64,000 bases of DNA. It comes from Monocercomonoides exilis PA203 (lineage: Eukaryota; Protista; Preaxostyla). This document shows, in pieces, positions 34,801 to 43,700 of this stretch. Where the stretch lies: assembly GCA_001643675.2 (NCBI GenBank), contig LSRY02000004.1:1488001-1552000 (forward strand). The letters run 5' to 3'. The first letter of the stretch is position 1. Every line of letters begins with the position of its first letter. A program made the translations under genes and the position numbers. Under the pieces are notes generated by a model. The model ran no database searches and was not told the DNA's origin. It saw only the letters and a list, made by a program, of their open reading frames with translations.

Positions 34801-37048
34801 AAGAAGATGTTGTTGATGATGATGAGGATGAAAATGATGATGCTGATTGTGATGACTGTGAATGTGAGTTTGATGGCTGGGGAATGCCATCAGAGGATAT
34901 GATGGTAGTAGTTGTTCCATTTCCAGTGATTTTTGTATCAGATGCGAAGAAAATGAGTGTTTGAATAGGGATGAAAGTGGAATCGAGGAGGTTGAGGGAG
35001 GCGTCTTGGAGTGGAATGAAGTAGCTGAGGGCATATTCGATGGTGGCACATGGGATCCGTCCTTGTCTACCACATGCATCGGTATCAACACCGCTGTTGG
35101 CTACAATTTTGTTCTGGTTAATGAGAGGTATCCAGCCATTATACACGGGATTATCAGCTGTATTTTTATTCCATACTCTGTTTATTGGGGTTGTTGAGCA
35201 GCATTGCTGGAACGGGGATTGGGTAATACTACTGCCACCGAAGAACACATCGTTTCCTCTGCCATTTGCTGCGCTATTACAATCAAAGTCACAAAATGAC
35301 ATAAATAAATTCCCATTCATCCAGGAATACGTCATTTCCATATATATTCCAGCTCCACCATAAGTTGTTGTTGATTTCAATTTATTGTTGATGAACTGGC
35401 ATTCTTCAATTAAAAACTGACTTAATTCACTTCCTGGAGGACGTGCAAAAGTAACAGCACCAGTTGAATCTCCTCCGGAATTTGCAATACACTCACATTT
35501 GGAAAATATGAATTTCGCACTAGATGGCATTTTACTGAACCAGAAATACCAGCCAATTCCACACCAACTTGTTATTTTGCAATGTTCAACTTTGTTTTCT
35601 GAAATACAATAAATAGAAAGCGATTGGGGATTAGAAATGCAAGTTGCTCCTCCATGTGCTGCTAGACATTTTGAAAAATTGGATTTTGTGATATTAATAT
35701 TTGATAAACTTTCAAAATATAATGCCCCACCATAAGCATTGTTTGAACAGTTATTGAATAAGCAAGAAGTGATTGTCAGATTCGCATTTGTGCAGTTTAC
35801 AAGAAGGGCACCTCCATTATCACTTCCACTATTTGAGTTATTCCATTCGCACCATTCAAAGCGATGGTTATTTACATCGAACGAAGTCAATCTTCCCGGG
35901 GTTTTTCTTTGGGTTTCAGTTCCCACATGAACCACAGGATCATTTGACAAAGAGCGTGTTTGGTGGAGGAAAGATGCATTGAAGGCAGAGAGAGAGGTGG
36001 AGGGGCTGTTGAGGTTTGGGAGAATGACACCATCGATGGGATTGTGGGTGTGGAGGAAGATGGTGGAGTGGATGGAAAGTGATGAGTGAAGAGAGAAGGA
36101 GGGGGTTGCATTGATGTTGGTGTTGGTGGTTGTAGAAGAAGTGGTTGAGGTGGTTGAGGTGAATGGGTTGAGTGAGTGTGAGGGAAGGGATGGAAGTGAT
36201 AGAGGGGATTGGGGAGATGAGATGTTGGAGAAGAGGGTGTTTGAGAGATGGAGATTGAGGTGGATTTGGAGGTGAGGATGGGATTGGTGATGGATATGGA
36301 GAGGGGAAGGGGAAGAGGAAATGGAAGGAGAAGGGGAAGAGGAAGGGGAAGGGGAAGAAAAAGAAGAGGAAGAGGATGGGGATGAGGATGAGAAAGATGA
36401 AGGAGAAGAGGAAAGGGAAGGAGAAGGAGAAGGAGAAGGGGAAGAGAGGGAAGAAGGAGAAAAAAGGAAAGGCTGGGTGAGGGAGATGAAAGAGGAGAAA
36501 GAGGAGTGGGAGATGGAGAAGGAGGCAGGGATTGGGGAGTGGACATTATGGAGGAGATTGTTTGGGGTGGAGAAGAGGGGGAAGGAAAAGATGGCAGGTT
36601 GAGGGGTGATGAGGGAGAAGTTTGTGAGGGCGAGGGAGGCATGGGCAGAGAGGAAAAGCGGAGATTTTGCTGCTGGATTGACATAGCAAGTGGAGGAGCA
36701 GATAGTGGCAGCGGAGTGGTATTGGGCAGCGAGGAGTTGACAACCAGTGAGAGGGATGATGTTGAGATGAGTCATACACAAGGAGGCGTTGATGAGGGCG
36801 AGGCTTGTCTGAACTCCACAGATGGGATCACCAGTGACTTTAATAGCTTTCTCTAACGGAATGCCAAAAATTTTGCTATACTTTCCAATTTCATTTTCAA
36901 TGTTAATTTTGCCTTTCTGAACCTCTTCGTTCATTTCTAGTTGAACTTGTCTTTCAGAAATGTTCATGCAATTACAGCAGTGAACAATAAGAAATAACAA
37001 TGCAGTAAAATTGTATGCTACCCTCGTATGTGCACAGAATCTCATCAT
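28868..37048 (-). CDS. Giant single-pass surface receptor-like protein: signal peptide, Pmp-like GGA/FxxN beta-helix modules capped by CGxxxxPC, TM segment, cytoplasmic TKL-like pseudokinase
   Basis: 2726-aa intronless ORF with GGALLV, GGALYF, GGAIFF, FSGNKA and FSANTA motifs and 4 CG-x4/5-PC motifs. TM segment WAFIVCIAIVVLLLIALIIFIV followed by RWRKQKK. Kinase C-lobe LRWKAPELL...FSIGMMLWECLTLKIPF...ERP...CFSSKMNERPS, without HRD or DFG. Confidence 0.85.
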   Translation of the reverse strand: MMRFCAHTRVAYNFTALLFLIVHCCNCMNISERQVQLEMNEEVQKGKINIENEIGKYSKIFGIPLEKAIKVTGDPICGVQTSLALINASLCMTHLNIIPLTGCQLLAAQYHSAATICSSTCYVNPAAKSPLFLSAHASLALTNFSLITPQPAIFSFPLFSTPNNLLHNVHSPIPASFSISHSSFSSFISLTQPFLFSPSSLSSPSPSPSPSLSSSPSSFSSSSPSSSSSFSSPSPSSSPSPSISSSPSPLHIHHQSHPHLQIHLNLHLSNTLFSNISSPQSPLSLPSLPSHSLNPFTSTTSTTSSTTTNTNINATPSFSLHSSLSIHSTIFLHTHNPIDGVILPNLNSPSTSLSAFNASFLHQTRSLSNDPVVHVGTETQRKTPGRLTSFDVNNHRFEWCEWNNSNSGSDNGGALLVNCTNANLTITSCLFNNCSNNAYGGALYFESLSNINITKSNFSKCLAAHGGATCISNPQSLSIYCISENKVEHCKITSWCGIGWYFWFSKMPSSAKFIFSKCECIANSGGDSTGAVTFARPPGSELSQFLIEECQFINNKLKSTTTYGGAGIYMEMTYSWMNGNLFMSFCDFDCNSAANGRGNDVFFGGSSITQSPFQQCCSTTPINRVWNKNTADNPVYNGWIPLINQNKIVANSGVDTDACGRQGRIPCATIEYALSYFIPLQDASLNLLDSTFIPIQTLIFFASDTKITGNGTTTTIISSDGIPQPSNSHSQSSQSASSFSSSSSSTTSSSPDPSASSALFQQTQGSLAISAVAIAHNSTNLITPILFHLSENSPSLSLNTTTITGTTSSSSSISTPLFFLTAGSLALNHTAITSLTLNSQSIFHLTSLTAPLTLNSSNITDITSTAAPTSCVLSSSTSPALSLSLTNCTITSIDSVPQHQQTPTNGGCISFASSASDNAFSVSDSTFSSCSVSEDTSSGGRGGALMIEFNEGSQVSESSFSITNIVFSGNKASVGRDMYFVCESLVASVKEPLFDFMRSITQKDNSVFGSDRTQMFRNWYVDLFIFLDGYTADSVFVDGVIGVEKMYCGLEKAPCLNVNYGMGRLKRTLNVKKEIILCSKSNITGCVNVGGMFMKARTETIVELECQTEVSGSEECILKSTSPTEMKFIGIVVPSSFSKTITSVIESSTQNGELHMKNCAMNVVGGKQSTICFSLIKSTGKTVGLNFVTISDVKSSVSLFLFSLSSGNVNEGESEGEYKVKLLNCTMQGCTLVEHSFGVSPLMIFSSLLFENTNFSHIENTGSKEGGVVRVIFQENEELVIKSTNVSSCSLLTTNGKGGFLYLDCQNCLNETPFLFENVSFANNNASIGKNVFILGKDFNNSVTNESFKFDYSSMKGDNNLFVGSDSHHSNKDLFIFIVPYSSFEIFISSKGFDVTRCGSEEEPCFTMWKGIKNMEMGTGLKTIQIERSTIIRDSFNTSNYLIKKSVNVGEENVKAKLNFEKAIGSQLEYFMENEIHLELRNIQLQLTSGFDNSAKTIISNKGGDLVIRECSFHSEAGVNNGFDCVFVDVIEGSVEVNGLSMKSCNVGNSIFVVHDSLIACHLMNVRVESLNESKGCLLLIKGPELTTKINEGGEECANIEIEKSSFSGVKRSDNGPSVFESKSEKIFCLVVNENNITEDKAETSEKGGAIFFTLCASGSMKMIDSTISHCSCNNSTGKGGGVYLAAKERGELDFTFVGMKFSANTAKVGNDIFIECYNITSQINESQFQFDLRENHYSRINAIYGIDECQYTVDTDLIGFVTIHKSDTIIVSSVNGSNEKQCGTNTLPCASIDHGLAHLTSDILSLIFVVGKSVISGEVNLKDMSLSSKSREMCEVEVKPGIERTREALITTTGTVSLLRANFVFDSNFISSHESFVTPEGEILEVMNCSFGSKQLTEGGNTAFSNIPFHIINMKKGGLQLDGCTISNLILQKSALHLSSSLSSVIDSLTICNSTIECSLIDINECDQLTIKDFNTENITVKRNEESLISCLSMKKTIQLTNCTMGGVSSKTTKGKLMKLEDCTDVKMDSCIYDGSSNERNEKNLNEEEEMCRWSGSLVDVVKSSVLMKDTTIWNSPEGGITMGGGNVIIEKGEFIDNNPSIEGYLSLRRNIICSDSGILNVMSLKGGDGLKDNTSFWMLNDGCSFEGIVSERDSSFFIPVLESVEAKEETDRMKLTFKGILLVPCNLSFSVVKRKGEEKEIEKHDFDSNKFLSEREAEGSVAKNLIGSCVDEIEVSVHILFGVTDNPSFTNSFILKNASESEPKGNENLAEGEKGSNSSWAFIVCIAIVVLLLIALIIFIVRWRKQKKRTEELEVIVEDTVKKDLKAFEMVTMEMSPEDQWRRAEREAEKKNEERMKKRVYEKSLGHSESSEHLLSESGSTEYILGRDSDKIPDWALEKVEEEEETRKRSPSPSTSTTSTTDTSDTESTFVRREDLCPTTSSMSNLVDAMACSSPHEKLIVDLRDSLFMLLHGRNEKKEMAIGTLQEREYTAVQILFWVANLALHSFDEMDNPLSSLANLSPHIVLFSEHMVICIVMRSDFSSDDSDSSSISSSTVVTSASDDDDDDSLPSSAFEDEDDYKKECLRWKAPELLINKKMGATKESVAFSIGMMLWECLTLKIPFGEYEAEVAGQKIMNGERPKIEAIQKQTLKEIVKICFSSKMNERPSLLHLKREFIQLFPPGAVMLTVSDAICIENTSDKTNDSLICKINEKEKNNGQQNVPS

Positions 37049-37532
37049 GGAAGTGGATGAAGTAAAAAAAGGATAAAGTTAAAAACTACCACGCACCCAT
37101 TTTATTAAAATCAAATTGTCATTTTTTTGATAGAATTGATTTGAAGCATTTTTTTTTTAAATGTTATTATATGTTTTGCATTCACATTGCATCTTTTTTA
37201 ATTATTATCACTTTGACAAAGTTTTTATTTTATTTTTTTTTTTTCGGAATTGATATTTCTTGAAACATTTTGAAATTACTGAAAAGATATACACAATAAA
37301 TTTGATTTAATATTTATCATTCCGTTGAGATAATGTAACTTATTTTTTCTTTCAATTAAAAAATCGAAAATTTACTGGAAGGATGATGAAAATGAATTTT
37401 ATAAAGAAAAGACTCAACTAATTTTTTGTTATTTTCATAATCGATTTGAAACGTTTAAGAAAAAATAAGAAAAAAAAATGTTTATTTAAAAATAGAACTT
37501 TTATATTAAAGAAAATTTTCTTTTTTTCAAAA

Positions 37533-37606
37533 GCCCACCTAGCTCAGTTTGGTAGAGCGTTCGGCTTTTAACCGAACGGTCAAGGGTTCGAGTCCCTTGG
37601 TGGGCG
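37533..37606 (+). tRNA. tRNA-Lys(TTT)
   Basis: Acceptor GCCCACC/GGTGGGC; D arm GCTC/GAGC; anticodon arm TTCGG-CTTTTAA-CCGAA; T arm AAGGG-TTCGAGT-CCCTT; T-run terminator. Confidence 0.97.
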
Positions 37607-38216
37607 TTAATTTTTTCTGAAACTTCAAAAAAGATCAAAATAATAAAAAAAAATTAATATAAAAAATATCATAATTACCAAAAAAGTCTTGATAAAATTT
37701 TCATGATGAATTAAATCATAAAAAAATATGAATAAATAATTGATATTATTAACTATTCGAAGATTATAAACTTTTCAACAATTTTCAAATCTTTCTGTAA
37801 TGATAAAACCATTGTCATTTGAATTAATGACAATCGTTGAATACACCACAATTTCAAAAAATTAAGGAGGTGGATTGTCATTCAATTAAAAAATCCTTTC
37901 TCGGATAAACAGTTTTGAACAATCAAAAGATGTGTTTTTTTCAAACAAAACGCAAAATAATTACTTTCTTTGATATCTTTGTTAATCTTGTGTAAAAACG
38001 TTGTATAACTTCAAGGTGTAAGTAATGTCAGCTTTCTTCCACTTTTGTCTTGAATTATTTTCTACCAATTACAAAAATCGATAAAGAATATTTTTTTTAG
38101 TAAATAAAAAACCTATGTCAAAAGAAAAGAAAAATTATCAATATTTAAAAAGGAAACAATTATTGAAGAAAGTTGTGTTTGAATCTTATTTCACATCGTC
38201 CCATATGTGATATTTT

Positions 38217-40319
38217 ATGATTGAAAAAGGGTTTTTTATCAATGAAAACGCATATTACGATGAAATTTATTCAACACATCCTTCAAAAATAACACTTTCA
38301 TTGTCGTCACTGAGTTTAGAAAATATTCCAATGGATATAGCCTCTATTAAGCTTTCTCCACGATCTGAAGTTGTTTTTAAAAAGCAAGGAATCACACTCA
38401 GCGACATTGCACCAAAAAGTAAGGAACAATTTATAAAAGCATATCCTTCTCTTCCTGATCAAGTTATAAACTCCAAAAAACGAAGACACGACAAAAGAAT
38501 TCAAAGTATCAAAATGATAATAATAACATAAATTTTATGATTTTCATAACATTTCAAAAAAATTTCCAGATTTAATTGATACATTGTTACAAGTTTACGA
38601 ACAGGAAACGGATCCGTTACCTCCTTCGACACCAATTCAATCATTTGCTCGAGTTGAAGCCAATAGATTAAAAATTGTATGTCGATTGATGTTTTTCATA
38701 ATGATTCTTTATTCGTATCAAAACAGGATGAAGAAAGATTACGTGAAATCCAAACCAGCCATCAGATTGAACTTGAAATTCAAACAGAGATAAAAAAAGA
38801 GCAAGAGGAATCAATACGCGAAGCTCAGATTAAAATTCAGGAAAAAGATATGAAAAGAAAAAAACAAACACAGGAAGCAAAGAAAAAACTGCTTTCTGAA
38901 ATTGAGGAAAAGAAGCAAAGGAACGATCAAAAACATAAAATGGTTGAAGTGTATTTTACTCAGCTCGAAACAGAAAAAAAACGTGCTTTAATTCAGCACA
39001 TTGAAACAGAAGAAGAAAAACTTCAAAGGAGAAAAGCAGAACTTGAATTGGAGCGGTCTGAAAGAGAAGAAGAAGAAAAAGATAAAAGAGAAGAAAGAGC
39101 ATTTTTAATTGAGCGTCAGAAGCGAATCACAGAGTATCAAGCGGAAGTGGAAAGACAGCGCCTGAAAGAGCTGAAAGAGAAAGAAGAAGAGCTGATACGA
39201 GAAAGGGCAAAAGTGGAGAAGGAAAAGCAAGAGGCTATGAAGCAGCAGGCGATTGCGAAGAAAGAGATGCAGGAGGCTGTTGAGAAATACAAGAGGACTG
39301 GAAAGTGGGTTGCACCGAAGTTTCTGCAGAACCAGAGCCGAGCGGCAAGCTTGATAGGAGCAGGCTGTGAGCAATTTGCGCGCTTTGGAAGATCGAGAAG
39401 ACTGATAAGGAGGATGAGTGTTGTTGCTGCAAATGCGGATGGAGCAGAAGAAACAAGAAGTTCGCCTGATAAAAGAGCTGATAAAGATGGATTTGAAGGC
39501 AAAGGCAGGGTTGAAAGATGGAAGAACATCGATGACGAAGCAGTGAAAGAGGAGAAGAAGTTGCTTGAGAAAGAAGAAAAGAGCAAAGCAGAGGAAATTG
39601 AATGCTCAAGCACAATTCCTTCTGAAACAGATGAAGAGAATACATATTTGACTCAAAATGTGACTCAACCAGAAGAAGAAAATGGAAAGAAGAAAGAAAC
39701 CAGCGATGCAGAGAAGAGTTCAGAAGCAATGGCGAACAAAGCGAAAAGGAAGATGAGCAAACTTTCGACTCGATCGCTCTCTTCGAATTCGCTCAATCTT
39801 CTTTCTACACCAAGAACAACACTCGGCTCTTTATCACCCAGGCTAATGCCACTTTCATCAACCTCCTCAACCTCCTCAACATCTTCACCTTCCTCTCTCT
39901 CTTCTTCTTTTTCATCGGATTCATCTTCCTCTTCTGCATCTCCTGCAGTTGCGTTTCTTTCTTCCTCGTATCCTTCAAGAACTCCTCTCTCTCATCTGTC
40001 TTCATCAGCTTCACTGACACCTCAGCCTCATTCGAGCTCTTTGCACTTAAAGAAACTTGACGTTAATCCAGTTCACCACAATCCTCTTGTTAGATCTCAT
40101 TCTTCTCTGTCGCATTGCTCGCATTGGAGAGAAGGTTTGATTTTTATTTTTTTTTTTAACCTCTTCGTTTAAGTGATTAAATTATTCATTTATTTTTCAA
40201 TTGTTTACTTCATGTTTGTATATTTGTGCGGAATTTTGCAAAATAAATTACCACAAATTATTGCTTCAGTATTAAAGGCGCCTCAACAATTAACTCCAAG
40301 ATTTTCACCGCTTCATTGA
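38217..40319 (+). CDS. Coiled-coil protein, possibly CCDC177/CCDC185-like N-terminus; spliced, start uncertain
   Basis: LSPRSEVVFKKQGITLSDIAPKSKEQF motif, then a long E/K/R/Q coiled coil and a Ser-rich tail. Final exon after an intron at ~40135 ends ...RFSPLH* at 40319. Confidence 0.6.
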
Positions 40320-40799
40320 TTTTTTTTCTTTTGTTATTATGTGATATCCTCGCTTTTCACATTTGCTTTGTTTCATGTATATCTTCGAATGTGTGTTATG
40401 TTTATTGTATTATTACTTTTCCTTTTTGTGTTATTGTGTTAATTTTTCATTTTCATCGTTAAACATTTATTATCTTTGATATGAATCCGTAATATTTATC
40501 GTTAATAAGTAATTTTATTTCCTTTTTTTTTTAACTTTTTGTTTTCTTTTGTTTTCCATAGTTTCATTGCGTTATGTCTTTCTTTCTTTCTCAATGAATG
40601 CGTTGAAATCCCATCAAGAGTTCAATGCACGTCAGCATTTACCGCGCATATTTGGGATTATGTAGTTATTTTCTTTTATTTTCTATTGTAAAGATATGAA
40701 TGTTCAATATTAATAGAAATCAAACACGAAAAGATTTGAAGCGATTGAAAGCAAAAACGTGAAGTGACTAAAAAATAACACTTATTCAAACAAAATGTT

Positions 40800-43700
40800 T
40801 CACATATGATATTTTGAAGGTGTGGAAAGTGATGAAGTGAATGAAGGAGAAGAGCTTCCAGCTGAAGTGGGGAACTGGGAAGGAGATTGAGAATAACGAG
40901 GAGGCTGAGAAGAAGTGACATTGCCAAGTGAAGAAGCAGACTGTGTTATTGGCGTTTCAGAAGGAATGCTATTAACTTTGGATTCTTCATTTGTTGCAGG
41001 CAGCTGCTCAGTCTGTTTGGTCTGCTTTAGCGCTTTCTTCTTCTTCTTCTTCTTTGGTGGATTTGTGGCTGCAGGCGATGCTGAGCTGAATATTGGCTCT
41101 GTGTGAATGAATGGCTGAGGAGAGAAATAAGGAGAAGACGACAAAGAGATCGCTGAAGTAGGCATTTGAAGTGGAGAAGGTGAATGTGCCCCAAAAGGCG
41201 TTGCATCTTTTGGATTGAGCAGATCCTGATCTGAAGCAGAATAAACAGGCAGTGATTCAAATTTCTGTGATGACGAAGACAATCCGTGACTTGAAGGAAG
41301 CATAGAAACAGGGATGGGCTGTTGCGATGCAGAGAACGGAAGCGAGCGAGTAGAGTAAGCGAACTGGGGTGTTGCACCGCTTGATGCAGCTGCAGCTGCT
41401 GAAGACAATGCCGAAGTTGATGCAGAAGCCAACGCAGATGCTGAAGCGATGCTTGGGTTGTAGTTGACACAGCCAGAAAGAAGATCGTCTGCTTGCTTGA
41501 ACTTGTACAGCTCAGTCACAAGCGTCTGGATCTCGTTCGTGCACTGCTCAATCTTGTTCTCCAGCTCCTTCTGGATTTCCTTCTCTTTCTCCACTTCAAG
41601 CTTCCGCTGGCGCTCCATTTCCTTCCGCTCTCTTTCTCGCGCTTCCTCGTTCTTCTCTTCGACTTCTCTGATTCTCTCCTTCATCCTCTCTTTCTCTCTT
41701 CGTGTTTCGATCATTTCTATCTTCTGCTGTGCAATTCGGCTGCGAAGGAAGCTAAACTGCGAAGAGACCGAATCAACAGCAGAGGAAACAGAAGACGAGA
41801 GAGTAGAAAGAGAAGGTGACGAAGCAGTGATGGAGTGCCGAAGAGGAGAAGACGGTTCATTCAAAACCATCGAAGAAGCAGGCGAGGTTGGAGACGAGGA
41901 AGAAGTTGACTGAGATAAACTTTGCGCTTTCATTGCAGAATCCAGCAGCAAATCGAGCTTATCTTTGGCTTCAGACAAATGATACATGCTGGACTCGACT
42001 TCGGTTCTGTACAGAATGTCCTTCTTTGCCATCTCCTCTTTCTCTTCCTGCATCTGTGCAATTATATTCGCTTTGTTGTCAAGCTGCTGATGAAGCGAAG
42101 AGACTTGCTCAGATATGAGCTCATGCACCGCTGTGAGTGTCTGATGAAGCGACTGCAGAAGTTGTGTGTTGGCAGAAGACAGAGGAGAAGCCAGGGAGGA
42201 AGAAGCAACTGGCCGTGATGATGTCAGCCCAGCTGCTGCTGATACAGATGAGGATGAAGTATAACCCAATGTCGGATCTTTGAAAGGAGAAGAACGAGTG
42301 GCAGATGCAGAAGCTGAGAGACGATTAGGATAATTTGGTGGAGAAGATGGTGAAGAGGACAGAACTTGGTAAGTGTATTCAATGTCCGATATCAATTGCT
42401 CAATTCCGTTGATGGCATCTTCACAGGCAAAGTGTGGTCGATGTGGAGATGATGACGACGACGATGAAGCAGAGGCAGAAGCAGAAGTTGAATTCAATCC
42501 ATTGGCAATACGAGAAGAGTAACCATATTGTTGTGGTGCATGCTGATCTTTGGTTAATTCGTTGATGTTGTATCCATCTCTTTGGCTTTCCTTCATTTCC
42601 TGCTTTGCTTGTGTGGACGGCAAAGTCATTCTCATCTTTTGTTTCAGTGCTTCATATGAACTATCACTGTCTAAATTGATCTCTTTGCCTTGCAAACTTT
42701 CCTCTTTCTTTTTCAATCCTTCCAATTCTGCTCGCAGTTTCTCGCCAAGTTTAATGCCTTCGCCCAGCTTCGCCTCAATTTCATTCTCAATTCTCGCTTC
42801 TTCGTCTCGTTCAGCCTTCGCCACTCTCAACAAGTCGAGTTTCTCTCCCAAATTGAACAGCGCTTGCTTCAGATCAGCCACATTCTTTATTGTCTCGTTC
42901 ATCTCTTCGTGTTCTTTAGCTCTTTCCTCCTTCATTTTCTCCAAGTTGTCTTCCAATTCTTCCATTTCCTTCTTCCTCTCACTTTCTTTTGCTTTTTCTT
43001 CCAACCTTCTTTGCAAGTGCTCTTTCAGTGATGCTTGCAATTCTTCGACCTGCTTTTGAAGCGATTCGTTCATATTCTTCATTTCATTTCTTCTTCTTTC
43101 CCTTTCTTCTTCTTCTATTTTTTCGCTTTCTTTTTTCTTTTCATCAGCAATTTTCCTTTCTTCCTCTTCTCTTTTCAACTCACTTTCCAGCTGAATAAGC
43201 TGAGCATTCATTTCTTCTCTCTCTTTCTTCCTCTCCTTCTCAATCTCCAACAGCCTTTCTTCAATCTTCTTCGCCTCTTCCACTTTCTCTTCCCATTCCC
43301 GCAGCTCTTCATCCAGCTCTGCTTTCTCTTTGTTGAGCGCTTCCAACTTCTCTTTGATTTCTTCATTCTCCTTCTCCACTTCCTCTTTCTCTCTTTTTGC
43401 TTCCTCGGCATCTGAGATAAGCTTACGCAGAAGCACATCTTTCTGCTCAATGACATTTGCTGTCTTTTCTCTTTCTTTCTTTTCTTCATTCATTTTCGCT
43501 TCTAATTCCATCAGCATTTGACTCAACTCTTCTTTCTCTCTTTCTCTTTCGCTCTTCTCTTTCTCCAATTTTTCATGTTCATTCGCATAATCAGCTTCTT
43601 TTGCATTAATTCTTTCCTGAAGAAGTGCGATTTCTTTCTTGAAACTTTCCTTTTCTTCTTCTTGTTTCCTTATCATTGCTTCTCTTTCTGCTTGCAGTCT

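Noticed and set aside
18503-37606. tRNA-Glu(TTC) and tRNA-Lys(TTT) match the dominant codons of nearby E/K-rich genes
   Set aside because: Proximity has no mechanistic meaning in a eukaryote, and these are expected to be common tRNA genes
37811-37896. Small hairpin ATTGTCATT-N6-AATGACAAT and a partial repeat downstream of tRNA-Lys
   Set aside because: Short and AT-rich; compatible with chance
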